Positions 1-12,700 are shown, counted from the stretch's first letter. The stretch is 64,000 nucleotides of DNA from Calcarisporiella thermophila CBS 279.70 (GCF_041956535.1 NW_027192198.1:566714-630713); one strand, 5' to 3'. Notes: generated by a model from the sequence alone, not told the origin. Program-made: numbers and translations.

Positions 1-836
1 AGACCGAAGGTATAGAAGGCATGGAAAATACCCATCCTCATAAACGGAATCGTAAGCACTCGAGAAGCGACGAAGACTCGGACGAGACGGATGGGCTCGA
101 TTCGATATCACCCATTGTTTCCGCTAGATCTTTCTCCCCGTCACAGAACTGCGATCCGGTCGAACCTTTCCGACCTGAGCGCTTATCCACCCCTCCTCTA
201 CCCCATAAACTTCATCCGCAATCGCCTATTTCATCCCATTATCCCAGTTTATCCCCCACTTTACGACCGCTACCATTCCCTACCGTTTCAGAGCGACCTT
301 ATTTACTCCCCCCAATTTTACCATCTTCTCACGAGCGCAGATACTTTTCCCGGAATGCTTCGGACACTAGCTTGCCTTTACCTTGGACGCCGTATCCCCC
401 ACTGCATTCTATGCATACTCCATTGGCCAATCTCCCACGCACTCCATTTCCTCGTACCCCTTCTCTCTCGACACAAACCAATCCAACCACTCGAGAAAAT
501 CTCCACCCCTCTTCCGAATATCAACTGATGAGCCCTGCTCGGCAGCTACCGAATTTTTTCCCTTCATCCTCCTCCCTATTTCCCTCATCATTGGACAGTA
601 GTACTGAGTACCGACTCTCCTCTGCATTGAACCCCTCCATGTCCCAACCCGGTAGGTTCAATCTCCCGCCACTCAGACCCCAACTATTGCACCAGAACTC
701 GACTAGGAGAGTTCCAGAATCTACGCCATGGGTGGGAATGGACCAACACACAAAATCCCAGTTCTCAGACATTTCGCAAAATCAATCCACAGCTGAAGCT
801 GAGTCTCTAAAACTGCCTCCGCTTAAACCTCCTTAA
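1..836 (+). CDS. 3' part of a Pro/Ser-rich, probably disordered protein (5' end lies outside the window); possibly a transcription-factor C-terminus
   Basis: Frame is open from the window edge through ORF 21..836. GC-rich coding-like composition, repeated LPPL/LPPI motifs, then an AT-rich 3' region. No recognisable domain. Confidence 0.6.
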   Translation, partial: TEGIEGMENTHPHKRNRKHSRSDEDSDETDGLDSISPIVSARSFSPSQNCDPVEPFRPERLSTPPLPHKLHPQSPISSHYPSLSPTLRPLPFPTVSERPYLLPPILPSSHERRYFSRNASDTSLPLPWTPYPPLHSMHTPLANLPRTPFPRTPSLSTQTNPTTRENLHPSSEYQLMSPARQLPNFFPSSSSLFPSSLDSSTEYRLSSALNPSMSQPGRFNLPPLRPQLLHQNSTRRVPESTPWVGMDQHTKSQFSDISQNQSTAEAESLKLPPLKPP

Positions 837-1309
837 ACAACATCCCAACGCTTTTCTGGTTCTATTTTTTATTCTTTTATATCACTCATATAAATATCTT
901 TTTTTTTGACTTCATGGATATTCTTGTTCATATATCAACCCTTTTTATCCATTTTCCTGTAGATAAAGCTTCTACTGGAACATATTAATCACCTTTTTAT
1001 ACTTTTAGTTACTTACAGTTAGTTTAAATTCCAAATTAATTCCCCATTTTTTTTAAAAAAAAAAAAGTGAATTGCTTTTTTGGTATTTTATATAACCGCG
1101 TTTAAGTGTAAACTAGTTTTCTGCTTTTACTTTTTAGAGTCTAAAATTTATAAATCGATGCAGTGGATATCAAACGAATGCAACTCTATTTCATTTTTGG
1201 ATGATCCGAATCAGAAACAATTCTGATAAAATCACATCTTCACTTCGTAACGTTGCCAGACTTTTGCGATCATTATTCAAACTTATAACATTAGTTTGTT
1301 TTTAAAATA

Positions 1310-2251
1310 ATGCCAGCATCCTCACTACTCCTAGAAAATCATGCCACCGTCCTCACATTTGATTTTGAAGAATTCATCAAAACCGAGCTTGGACTCGATC
1401 TAAACAAAGAATTTAACCGATCTGGTACATTATAAGATCTAATCTTTTCTCTGATTTTCTTTTTTTCCCCCGTACTAATAGTTCCTTAAAAATGCAGAGG
1501 AAGTATGTCGGTTCTATATTAAGGGGCAGTGTCAACGCGGCTCGGCCTGTCCTAATCGCCATGGTCTCCCCCGAGAGAAAGCAGTGGTTTGTAAGCACTG
1601 GCTCCGTGGTCTATGTAAAAAAGGCGAGCAGTGCGAATTCTTGCACGAATATAATTTACGCAAGATGCCCGAATGTTGGTTTTATTCAAAGTATGGAGAG
1701 TGCTGCAATGGAGACGAATGCATGTATCAACACATTGATCCGGATAATAAGGCAAAGGAATGTCCTTGGTATGCAAGAGGATTCTGCAAACATGGTAATG
1801 TTTTTCTTCAGAGATGATTTTCATCACTTGCTAATATGTTTATTGATATGAGTAGGGCCACACTGTCGTAATAAGCATATTAGGGCGATAGCTTGCCAGA
1901 ATTATTTAACTGGATTTTGTCCCCTTGGGCCTGAGTGTCCCAATGGTCATCCAAAGTATGAGCTACCAAAGTTGGAGAATGAGGTAACCAGCTCATCCAA
2001 CGAAAACGCGGCTTATTCAATACCTGAAATGCACAATGGACCCATAGAATCGGTATGTTTCTATTATTTGTGCCGTATGAATGGGGTGCTAATTTTTTTC
2101 CTCTTAATAGCCGCGCAACCCATCTCAACATCATCAGCAACAGCCGAGGCAGTACCGTAACATAGAAGACGTTACATGTTTCAAGTGTGGACAAAAGGGC
2201 CATTATGCTAACAAGTGTCCAAATCAGCGCGTACATGGGATAAGAAACTGA
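1310..2251 (+). CDS. YTH1: Cleavage and polyadenylation specificity factor subunit 4 (CPSF30/Yth1), CCCH zinc fingers plus C-terminal CCHC zinc knuckle; 4 exons
   Basis: ATG 1310 (MPASSLLLENHATVLTFDFEEF). VCKHWLRGLCKKGEQCEFLHEYNLRKMPECWFY, CPWYARGFCKHG, CQNYLTGFCPLGPECPNGHPK, then TCFKCGQKGHYANKCPN. GT-AG introns near 1425, 1795 and 2053. Confidence 0.95.
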
Positions 2252-3601
2252 TAAATTGTAAATAAGAATAGCATATATAAAGAATAGTCTTGATCATGTA
2301 TTTCTCATTATGTATGGTCCAGAATCTATGAAAAGTACCGCAGTAATTTAAATAGAAATTTTTGAATATAAAGCGATAACAAACTTTTGAAAGTTATTAT
2401 CAATTTAATCGCTACCATCCCCTACATTTTTTCACCATGAAGAATATTAAACATGGGCACATGCTTGCTTGAAGTATGCAAAACATTGCTGCAGCCTTTG
2501 AACTGGAAAGCATCGCAAATCTCATTGCAATAATGGCCAAATTTGTTTTTGATTTGTCTTCCTGAATTTATCTTTGATTCTCAACTATAATGCCATAGCA
2601 GTATTCAAATTCCAGTTTATATTAATTGCGAAATCATTTGAAAAATTAAAATTTTCATGTCAAGGCAAGAATATCCTTTTTTCGTCAATTAGGTCATTAA
2701 GGAAAGTGGATACCACAGTATATATAGCGATAATAATTAGAGCTGTCGTTATACTATTTAACTTTGGTCCATTTGGAAAGATATATACTGTAGCTGTTAA
2801 AAAAAAGAAACCAGATGATTCTTAGGATAAAAATAGATCAAATGCAACCGTTTTTAACATTTTCAACATTTAAATTGCAATATGCATATATGTGATATTC
2901 TAGTTCTACGGTTCTTCCAAATGTTTCAGGGATGCAGTAAGTAACATAAATGTAGACATTCAGTTGATACCATAAGTAAAAAGTAAGACATTAATAATTG
3001 TAATTTTTAACTTGAAACAATTGATCTTTTGCTATTCGGTTTGTCATTGAGAGCTAATAGATATCTATACTTTTTTATTATTTTCATGAATAAAAAGGAA
3101 TGGCTCGCAGTCTTCGCCAGATCATCCTTCCTCCTTTACAATTTTTGTTTGCTCACTTTTGCAGCAATAATTATGTCATGGGATTTCGCACTAAGAATGC
3201 CTTCAAAGTTTGGAGTGAAAATAATATAGCTGGTTTGTTTAATCATAAATTCGACACGAAAACTTTATAACTCAGACAAATAATTTAGTTGAGTATTCAT
3301 GCCCCCACAAGTAATTCCAAAAAATAATACCGGAATATATAGATTTTGCCTATTATTCAATTACAAACCAGTTCATGGTGAATAATTGGATTTTATTTTT
3401 TATTTTTTATTTTACACGAGGTACTAGATAATCTGTTGTGTCCAAATTGGATAATGAAATTCTTGATATATTTGCCACCATTTTATGATTGGATATATTA
3501 GTGCCTCAAACACATAGTGTTTACTACAATTGTGGGGATGTTCTCGCCACATTTTATACATTTGCTGTCCGGGCGACTTATTTTTTTCAATTTCGCCAAC
3601 A

Positions 3602-4159
3602 ATGAAAATTCATCTGCTCCATCTTTTTCTGACAATTACGATGGTTCTTGTGGCAAATGCTCTCTATGAAAAGGATCCTAAAGAAAAGCGGCAAGAGATA
3701 CAGCCAGCTGTTTCTATCACCTTGACTATCACTATCACATCCACTCAAAGTGAATCACCTGAAGCTACAACCGTAGAGCGCGCTACCAGCACTAGCACCG
3801 TTACAGTCAAACCTCGCACCAGTAGTATTATTACAGTATATCTTTCGTCCCCGACACGCATCTCTACCACCATACCATCGAGTACAATTCTTGCTCAGCC
3901 AACGCAATCTGAGGTAGAAGACGCTGGAAATTCGCAATCGATAATAATCGCTTTGTCAATCGTAGGTGGGGTTATTATCCTGGGAACGGGTGCGTACATT
4001 CTGGCGCGTAGTTTGCGGAATAAAAAGAGACAATGTGGATGGGATGAAGAAGAAGCGACTACGAGTAGTAAGTTTGTTAAGCCAAGTGGACAAGACGGGG
4101 CTGATGTCGGAGATGCTCTTATTCAGCATAATCGATATAAGAATTGCATCCAATTCTAA
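3602..4159 (+). CDS. Single-pass type I membrane protein with Ser/Thr-rich ectodomain (Mid2/Wsc-like cell-surface protein)
   Basis: Signal peptide MKIHLLHLFLTITMVLVANA, S/T-rich stalk, TM helix IIIALSIVGGVIILGTGAYILA followed by RSLRNKKR. The 3' end may be altered by a possible GTAAGT donor at about 4068. Confidence 0.75.
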   Translation: MKIHLLHLFLTITMVLVANALYEKDPKEKRQEIQPAVSITLTITITSTQSESPEATTVERATSTSTVTVKPRTSSIITVYLSSPTRISTTIPSSTILAQPTQSEVEDAGNSQSIIIALSIVGGVIILGTGAYILARSLRNKKRQCGWDEEEATTSSKFVKPSGQDGADVGDALIQHNRYKNCIQF

Positions 4160-4906
4160 CATAAACGGCAACGAATCACCCTGTCCGCTGTGAGGTATTC
4201 AACTCCATCAAACACGAGCATGCTCATCAACCTGCAAATATGGCATATATTTCGATATCAATACCCTCCAATATATATTAGGCACAATATTTATATTTTT
4301 ATTATATTATTTCATGTTGTAATTTAATGAAATTTTACTTAATAATACATCAGATATTGAATTACCTCGGCCGCATTCTATTAGGAGAATATAGAATGCT
4401 ATTATAGAATGGCCGAAGATTTTTATTAAATAAACCGTTTTCGATTTTTGAAAATACTCAAAAAACTCATTTTAGCTTCACATTTCATCAATAAAATAGC
4501 ATTCTATTCTGCACCCGTCCAATAGGACTCTATAATCGGAGATTCTGATTAGTCTCTTAATCTTATGAGATACCTTTTTACTCTAAGCTGGTTGTTTGCT
4601 GCAGAGCTATTAAAATGTTAATAATGAAATGATATGTCAAAAATTGATTATCCGTTTTAAGCTAACGGCAAGATTTTATGGCTCTTTATTTTACATTTAG
4701 ATACTTTAGAGAGGAATAACAAGGGGGTAAGAGGGGGAGAGAGGAAATTCATTATAGTTACAATATAAAAAACAAACAACGCGATAATTTACACGCACAC
4801 CTTTCAATCCATCCTCCGAGACTATTTGTGAAATATTAGAAATAGCTCGTCATCGCCTGGTAAACCCAGGTTCGAAAACCAAGTGGGAATAGCGCAAAAG
4901 AGAAGA

Positions 4907-5407
4907 TTAATCCGAAGACTGTGAAGGCGAGCATGATTTCAGACTAAAGTTCTCTATTTTCAACCCCTCATTTTCCTTGCTTAGCTCATTGACCCTACAT
5001 TGCAACTCTTTGATATAAAAACAGGCCTCTTGCAACACAACAGCTCGGTGGCACTTGTCTCCCTGACCCGCGGTGCTCGGAATGACCTTCACAAGTTCAC
5101 ACAAGAGCTGATTAATAAGATCGCGTCGCTTGCGCTCTAAACGGCTATGGGCTTCGCGGCGTTTTTTAATTCTCTCGAGTGCAACATGGCTATCGACATT
5201 TTTGCGGTTCAAGAGGGAAACCCCATTGACGGAGAGACTCTTACGTGTGCGCGACTGGCCCGGGAGATTATCCGGGGAATAACAGCGCATTATGTCGTCG
5301 ATGGGGTGAAACTGCATGGAAACAGTATTCTCGTGAAATGAGGGCGATCCCTCGGTGGCCAGAGTCGTCGCGGGTGATCCAAAGAACGGGTTGGCCCAAC
5401 TCTCCAT
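4907..5407 (-). CDS. Basic helix-loop-helix transcription factor (H-E-R basic region, CACGTG class), intronless
   Basis: KKRREAHSRLERKRRDLINQLLCELVKVIP...KCHRAVVLQEACFYIKELQ followed by a coiled-coil tail. Confidence 0.9.
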   Translation of the reverse strand: MESWANPFFGSPATTLATEGSPSFHENTVSMQFHPIDDIMRCYSPDNLPGQSRTRKSLSVNGVSLLNRKNVDSHVALERIKKRREAHSRLERKRRDLINQLLCELVKVIPSTAGQGDKCHRAVVLQEACFYIKELQCRVNELSKENEGLKIENFSLKSCSPSQSSD

Positions 5408-5724
5408 CTTAACTGAGCAATGCGAATGTCTTTGTATTATCGGCGAGCAGTACTAGTTTATGAGAAGCGAGAGAAGGGGACGAAAGCAGAAAGCCATATT
5501 TATATATTCCGCGAAATGAGCCAATACGCTGCACGTGAGCCTTGTTGTGCGGCACGCCAAGAATATTGAAAGCAAATCCTTCCATATAAGCGATTGTTCA
5601 ATCACATATGGGCTCGCACAAATTTTAAAAAGCAAACCAGGGCAAAATCAGGTGGGTGGACTAACCCATTAAGGTTAACATATTTATTTCTCTACTCTTG
5701 GCAAAACTATTTAAAAAAAATAAT

Positions 5725-7916
5725 TTATATGACCGGATTATAATAGCCATCACTGATAGTATTGTCATTCTCGTAGGATGCCGCAAAGAGGTTGCTATAA
5801 TCGACAAACGCGTCGTGTCTTTGGATGCGCGGCTGGTCGGAAGCGAGGGCGGTGAGTGCGTTGAATGGCTTGCCTTTCGTTTCAAACAGTCTCAAGTCAG
5901 CTCCAGCAGCAAGGCGTTTTCCTTTGGAATAAAGCAGCAAGCAAATCAGATTACGGCTAAATATTGTATGTATCATGAACCTAAGAGATACTTACCACTA
6001 CATCCAAATGCTTTCCACTGCCCGTTAATGCACTGATTAGCTTGTACTGCGTTTCCAGCGCAGCTTGTGTATATAATCGCCCCATGAGCCCCTATAGGGA
6101 GTTGGCCTGCGGGGGCGCAGAGGTGTGTAGCTGCGTCAGAAATGTAGCGCACTAGTCCAGGCATCGCGAATCCGCCGGCCACTGGGCCTCCCTCGAGCGA
6201 ATCCTGATCCACCGACCATATCATAACCCCTAATCAACACAGGGAAAAAGTTTCTCCCTAAGATGGCTATTTAGATTTTAGTTTGATAAAACTATTTACC
6301 GTTCAACTGATACGCAGCAGCGAGCTGAATCTTGAGCAAGAGACTGCTCCATTCATCATAACCTATCCACTGGTTCTTGTCGTAGACAACGTAGTACGCA
6401 TGGCCCTGATAGGATTGTTGAGTTGAGAAGTTTTTAGAATCCCGTTTGTCCGACAAATCTTTAAAAATATATTACATTTTCCGTGTATTTCGGCATCGCC
6501 CCTTTGCGCACGATTTCCGCGATATCGGCATACGAGATAATTCCTGGAGATTTAGAGCAGCGCCCGGGTTTCCCGGGCTTCGACCAAGTGGCCACCCCAG
6601 GCTCCGCGTTATTGGGGTTGTCCAGCGTGAATGAGCGCCCATACAGTGCAAGTCCTAAGATATTAGTGAGCATGGGGGAGAGGGTTTAATTTTGTTTCTT
6701 GGCAAACTCAGAAACCTGCGTACCGATATTGATTTTATGCCGAGGTACACCCTGAGCAATGTAATAATCGATGGCAGCCTTGGTACTCCAGACTCCGTTC
6801 TTCTCTCCGCGAACTTGGTCAAGTGGAGAGTTCAGGTTGACGGTGCCATGTTTATCCCACGCACCATAGTAATCTAATAGGATAATTAGTATTTATTATA
6901 GCGATAAACAAATGCATCCACTTACCATAAGCTATGCGTAAATGATGAGTTACAGATAAGGTCAAGATTTGTTAGCAGTTGCACTTGCATAAATTAAAAA
7001 AATCAGGATTTACTCATGACGTTGAAGTAGTCCACTGCAAAGAGGTATAGGATTAATTTAATTTTATGAAGGGAAAAACATTTATACTGGCAAAGAATAA
7101 TAACCATACCGTATCGTGAGACAGCACCTAGGTCATACCCGCCGAAATTATCGCCCCCACCAGGCGTGGCTGCAGCTATGATCAGGCGTGGGCCAGCAGC
7201 ACGAATCGCTTTAACCAGCTCGACGAAATTTTGGCGATCTTTCCCAGTTGGCTTTTTGACGAAGACAACATTAGTTATCGCAGAGAGATAAAAAAGAGAT
7301 TTTAGGCTATTACATATTCCCAATCCAGATCAACTCCATCGAATCCATGCTTATTCACGAACTCAACCACGGATGCAGCAAATACTCTCCTGTTCTTTTC
7401 GTTCGACGCTAATGCCGGAAATATCTTCGATGTCTTTGCATCTTGACTGAAAGACCTATATTTAGCGAAAAGTAAAGCAGGTCAAAGAATACGTTTTTTT
7501 TTTGGTTCAAAGCGCAAAGCCAAAGAGGGTGTTTACCAGCCTCCAATAGAAATCAAAGTCTTGGTGCGTCCCTTGGCCGAATTAAGCTCCTTCATCAGTC
7601 CCTCGTCTTCTTTCTCAAGCGTGCGAATTTTGAAAGTTGCAGGATCGATTCCAGCAAAGGCATAGTGCACATAATCTAAATGGGGAAAATCAATCTGGCT
7701 CGGACGCATATATTTACAGCTAGTGTATTTGGCCCTGCAAAAGAAGAGGTGAGCATGATGTTCGGGTGTTCACGAAAAAGAGGCTTACCAGTTTGCATAA
7801 TATCCGACTCTTTTTAAAGTTCCTGCTCCTCGTTTTGACACGTTAGCGTGTACATAAGTGAAATAAGCTGTGATGACGATAATAAGCAATAGAAAGCGGT
7901 GGAGTTTAAAAGACAT
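5725..7916 (-). CDS. Secreted GH18 chitinase, many exons including a 21-nt exon (7014-7034) and a 6-nt micro-exon (6926-6931)
   Basis: Signal peptide [19 protein letters not shown]. Motifs [29 protein letters not shown] (intact DxxDxDxE), [29 protein letters not shown], plus a small Cys-containing C-terminal module. The last exon (to 5725) is inferred. Confidence 0.93.
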
Positions 7917-8463
7917 TATACAGATAATGTACTGAGAAAATGATACAATATGGTAAAAAATATTGGTGACTATAGTAACATCAAAATATATAGATTAGAT
8001 ATTTATCTATGCTGAAATTGCACACGCTCTAGAAACTTCAAACGAAATAAAAAAGATCGAAAAGAGAAAATACAGAGAAATGGCTACGTTAGGTTCGCTT
8101 ATATATGTCGTGAAAAAATATCCGTCTCAAGGGGGAGCTATGTTGCTATCATTTTGTCATTGAAAAAATAAATCTTCCGATAGATAGAGGAAACAAACAG
8201 AGCATTTTTATTTTTCACAGTGTTGAAATATATTCACCGTTGATCCGGATATTATTTGATAAGTAAAATAGCCGTGCTATCTTTCCAGATTTTCAGTAGC
8301 ATGCACGTGAGCTATATCAAAAAAGCAATAGTCGATTTTATAAACGTATATGATTCTGAATTTCCTAGTATGGTTCTTATTTCAAAGGAACACTGATGAG
8401 ACACGACTGGCAAAAATTCAACTGCTAATATCATTGATTATTCTCAATTCATAATCGCACCAA

Positions 8464-9132
8464 ATGCATACGAACACAAATCTTGGGAAACCCATGTGGT
8501 CACATAATGTTGAACAGGTGGGGGAGGGGATCTTTAAAATCTAATCTCGTTTTTTTCTCGAGAGCAAATTTTCATTCAATCTTGATATTTTCCTTATAGA
8601 AAACAATAAATGAAACGTGGTTTAATGAGAGTTCTCTTCCGCAACCAACACAATGGACTCTCAAAACTGACTCAGAAAGACATATTATAAATCTAGGTAA
8701 TATTCCATGTGGAATAAATGCAATTTCAATACAACTATATGGCTATAGCACCATTAGAAAAAAAACTACAAGCACTACGTGAACCAGGGAGACAGTTTGA
8801 ATATAGAGCTGGATGGATGGCAAGAGAAGGTGCAATACCATTTCAAAGGGTTTTGAGATTTTATAGTAAATTATTAATGCCGTTTTATAGTTTATCATGC
8901 ACCCATAGATGAGGATAATGAAAGTCAATCTTCTATAGTGGAGGGAGCAAAAGTAGACGAAGAAAATGAGGGGCTTTGGTTATTATGGCGAGAACAACGC
9001 GGAATTGCGGATAATTGCTCGGATGACTATGACTCTTTTGACGAGCTACATAATGCAGTGAAAAAGACAGAAAATATGTACACACGAAGCTGGAGAGACT
9101 GGCTTTGTTGTTACGGGTATGAAGAGAGTTAA
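8464..9132 (+). CDS. Hypothetical 4-exon orphan protein (~157 aa)
   Basis: Exons 8464-8517, 8600-8696, 8749-8829, 8891-9132. Three GT-AG introns join with consistent phase into one stop-free frame ending SWRDWLCCYGYEES*. Confidence 0.6.
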
Positions 9133-9752
9133 CTATTATAAAATCTACATATAAAATGTTTGCTCCATCATACCTTTTTGAACTATAGTTTAGAATGTAA
9201 ACCATGGATATCTATGTTATTTCATGCCTTTTCAATGAATTTTTTGATATTTATCGTTTTGGATAGGAACTTTAAATAGACATCACTATATACTGTAGAA
9301 TAGGTAGTGGTCGGTCGAGTATGGAACTTCTCTTGAGAATACCGAATTAATCCAGTGGAAATTTGCCAAGTCCTGGATATAAAATACGATGGGATTCTAC
9401 TCATGATGGTTCTATGAAAATGATATTTTCAACATGGTAGGTATAATTCCGTAACTTTCTGATTTAATCACCTTTGTCGATACCGAATCCCATTCTTTTA
9501 CAATCTTTCCGGATTTTATGATGAATTGCTATAGTATGTAGCCAATCAATATCCTTAACTCACATATTCACGTCACGTAAGAATTTCTGTTCCGCAGTAA
9601 CCGGGGCTTATCTTTTTTAGCTTTTTCTTTTCTCGCGAGGGTTGTCTTCAGAGCTCATCCAAAAAAAATTATAGTATATTCTTCAATTCTTATTTTTTAG
9701 CTGTTTTGAATATCCCACCAATTCATAAAAGAAGCATTAGCCCATCTTACGC

Positions 9753-12700
9753 ATGATGGGAGAAAATCTTCCGATCCAGTTTCAGGAGCATCTCCAGGTA
9801 AACGCGACTTATTTAGTTTCCATATCGAGTTTCTGCTTTAATTAAGCACCAACTATATTAATTCAATTGATAATGAATTCCAAGAACAAGCACACAATCA
9901 AATTCCTTTTTCACGATTTTTTCTATTTGAATTAAACATTGTATATATGTGTATTCTAATAGCTCCAATCTCTTGGGATTAATGTTGCGAGTATCAGCTT
10001 CAACACGCTAACTCTTGAATCCGATCGCTTTATCTGCGTTCGTGAGAAAATTGGAGAACAGAATCAGGTTGTAATCGTCGATTTATCTGATCCAAATAAT
10101 CTTATTCGACGACCCATCACTGCTGATTCTGCTATCATGCATCCTACAACCAAAATAATTGCTTTAAAAGGTTCGTATTAAGAAAATGAGAAATAGATGC
10201 TTATCACAATAACTGATTTGCCCTCCCCATAATAGCTGGCCGACAACTACAGATATTCAATCTGGAAACAAAATCCAAGATAAAGGCACATGTAATGCAT
10301 GATGATGTCACATTTTGGAAATGGATATCCGTCAAGACTATTGGTATCGTGACTGAGTCGTCAGTCTATCACTGGTCAATTGACAGCGACTCACAGCCCA
10401 CAAAAATGTTTGACCGCCATGTTAATTTAAACGGCTGCCAGATTATCAACTATCGCGTCAATGCTGATGAAAAATGGTTCCTACTTAGCGGAATTTCTGC
10501 TAGAGTAAGTCTACATTTATTGCAACTTCTATTTGCAATAATAATGGGTATATATATATATATATATATTTTCAGGATGGAAGAGTGGTTGGTGCCATGC
10601 AGCTCTACTCGAAGGAACGCGGAATTAGTCAACCAATTGAAGGTCATGCCGGTGCGTTTGCAGAGATAAAACTCGAGGGAGCCCCAGCGCCGACAAAGCT
10701 TTTTAGCTTTGCTGTCCGCTCTGCTACTGGTGCCAAGGTATGCGATTAGTTGAATGTGTGGAATTTTCGATCATATCGTTGAAACGATTTTATTTTAGTT
10801 GCATATTGTCGAGATCGACCACAAGGAGCCCAATCCTGTTTTTCAAAAGAAGGCGGTCGACATCTTTTTCCCTCCTGAAGCCGCCAATGATTTCCCGGTT
10901 GCAATGCAAATTAGCCATAAATACAGCATTATCTATTTAGTAACTAAGTACGGGTTCTGTCACCTTTATGACCTTGAGACTGGCGCGTGTATTTACATGA
11001 ACCGGGTCAGCGGTGAGACGATCTTTGTCACGGCGGAGCATGAGGCTACCAGTGGCATTATCGGAGTGAATCGCAAGGGGCAAGTTCTTTCAATTAGCGT
11101 GGATGAACAAAATATCATTCCGTACATTGTGAACAACCTCGGCAATACAGAGATGGCATTAAGAATTGCCTCGCGAAATAATCTGCCTGGAGCAGATGAG
11201 CTTTGCGTCGCAAGATTCCAGCAACTTCTTCAGACTGGAAACTATAATGATGCTGCCAAAATTGCCGCTACCTCACCAAGAGTAAATAATTTTTGTCTTT
11301 TCTTTTTCTCGTGCTTTATGTTAAATTTAGCTGTATGCTATAGGGTATTCTACGCACTCCACAAACCATTGAGCAATTTAAGCATTTGCAAGGGCAACCT
11401 CCTCCAATTCTTCTTTATTTCGGATTCTTACTGGAATCAGGCGAGTTGAATAAGCACGAGTCAATTGAGCTTGCTCGTCCCGTCTTACTGCAAGGTCGTA
11501 AGCAGCTTCTTGAAAAATGGCTCAAGGAGAACAAGGTATAGCTATGAGTTTAACGGTATAATGAAAACTGGCACCCATTGAAATTTCGAATGTTGTGTTA
11601 TATTAGCTCGAATGCAGTGAAGAGTTGGGTGATATTGTAAAGCAGCACGATGTAACACTTGCACTATCCGTTTATCTTCGTGCAAATGTACCAAACAAGG
11701 TTATCGCTTGCTTCGCTGAGACACAGCAGTACCCTAAGATTATACTCTACGCCAAGAAGGTTGGCTACACACCCGATTACACTTCACTCTTGCAACATAT
11801 CATGCGCATTGACCCTGAGCGCGGGGCAGAGTTTGCAACTATGCTAGTTAACGATGAAAGTGGACCTCTAGTAGAGGTTGAACGAGTAAGAATTCATCAA
11901 ATTCTGTACTTTGAATTCTTTGAATGTGATTTTCAACAACACTTTTTTTTAATCAACTTCAGGTAGTAGACGTTTTCCTTTCTCAAAACATGATACAGCA
12001 AGCAACATCTTTTTTACTCGATGCTCTCAAGGACAATAAACCTGAACAAGCTCATCTGCAAACTCGCTTATTGGAGATGAATCTTCTTCATGCTCCCCAG
12101 GTTGCCGACGCGATTCTTGGCAATAACATGTTTACACATTATGACCGTAACACTATTGCTCCCCTATGTGAACGTGCTGGCCTTTATCAGAGGGTTCCTA
12201 TTTTTTCTTAATACTCAAATTGGATTAGACGTTAACCATCTGTGTATACTTCTTGGATAGGCTTTGGAGCATTACACTGATATTAAGGACATCAAGCGAG
12301 TGCTAGTTACTTTTGGCCATACGATAACTCCAGAAGTAAATATTCTGAATAATTCAGGGTACAGATGTCAAAATCTTATCATTCTTTATATTTTTTTTAC
12401 TTTAGTGGTTTGTCAATTACTTTGGGCAACTTTCTGTGGAACAGACGCTCGAGTGCTTGAAAGAAATGTTGTCAAACAACCTTCGGCAAAATCTGCAAAT
12501 ATGTGTGCAGGTCGCGATTAAATACTCAGAACAGCTTGGACCACAAAATCTTATTGAGCTATTTGAGTCTTTCAAGAGTTTCGAGGGTATGTCTGCGATT
12601 ATGCATTTTCATTGTAATTTTAGCTTCATCTGAATTTTTACTCGTATTTTTCCAGGTCTATATTACTATCTTGGCTCCATTGTTAACTTAAGTCAGGATC

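Noticed and set aside
2430-2945. Possible decayed kinase gene (GPFGKIYTVAVKK fragment, exon-like pieces)
   Set aside because: No catalytic HRD/DFG motifs and no consistent frame; cannot be distinguished from AT-rich noise.
9222-9404. 60-aa minus-strand ORF divergent from clathrin with a possible 5'UTR intron
   Set aside because: No recognisable motif or multi-exon support; at the length expected by chance.
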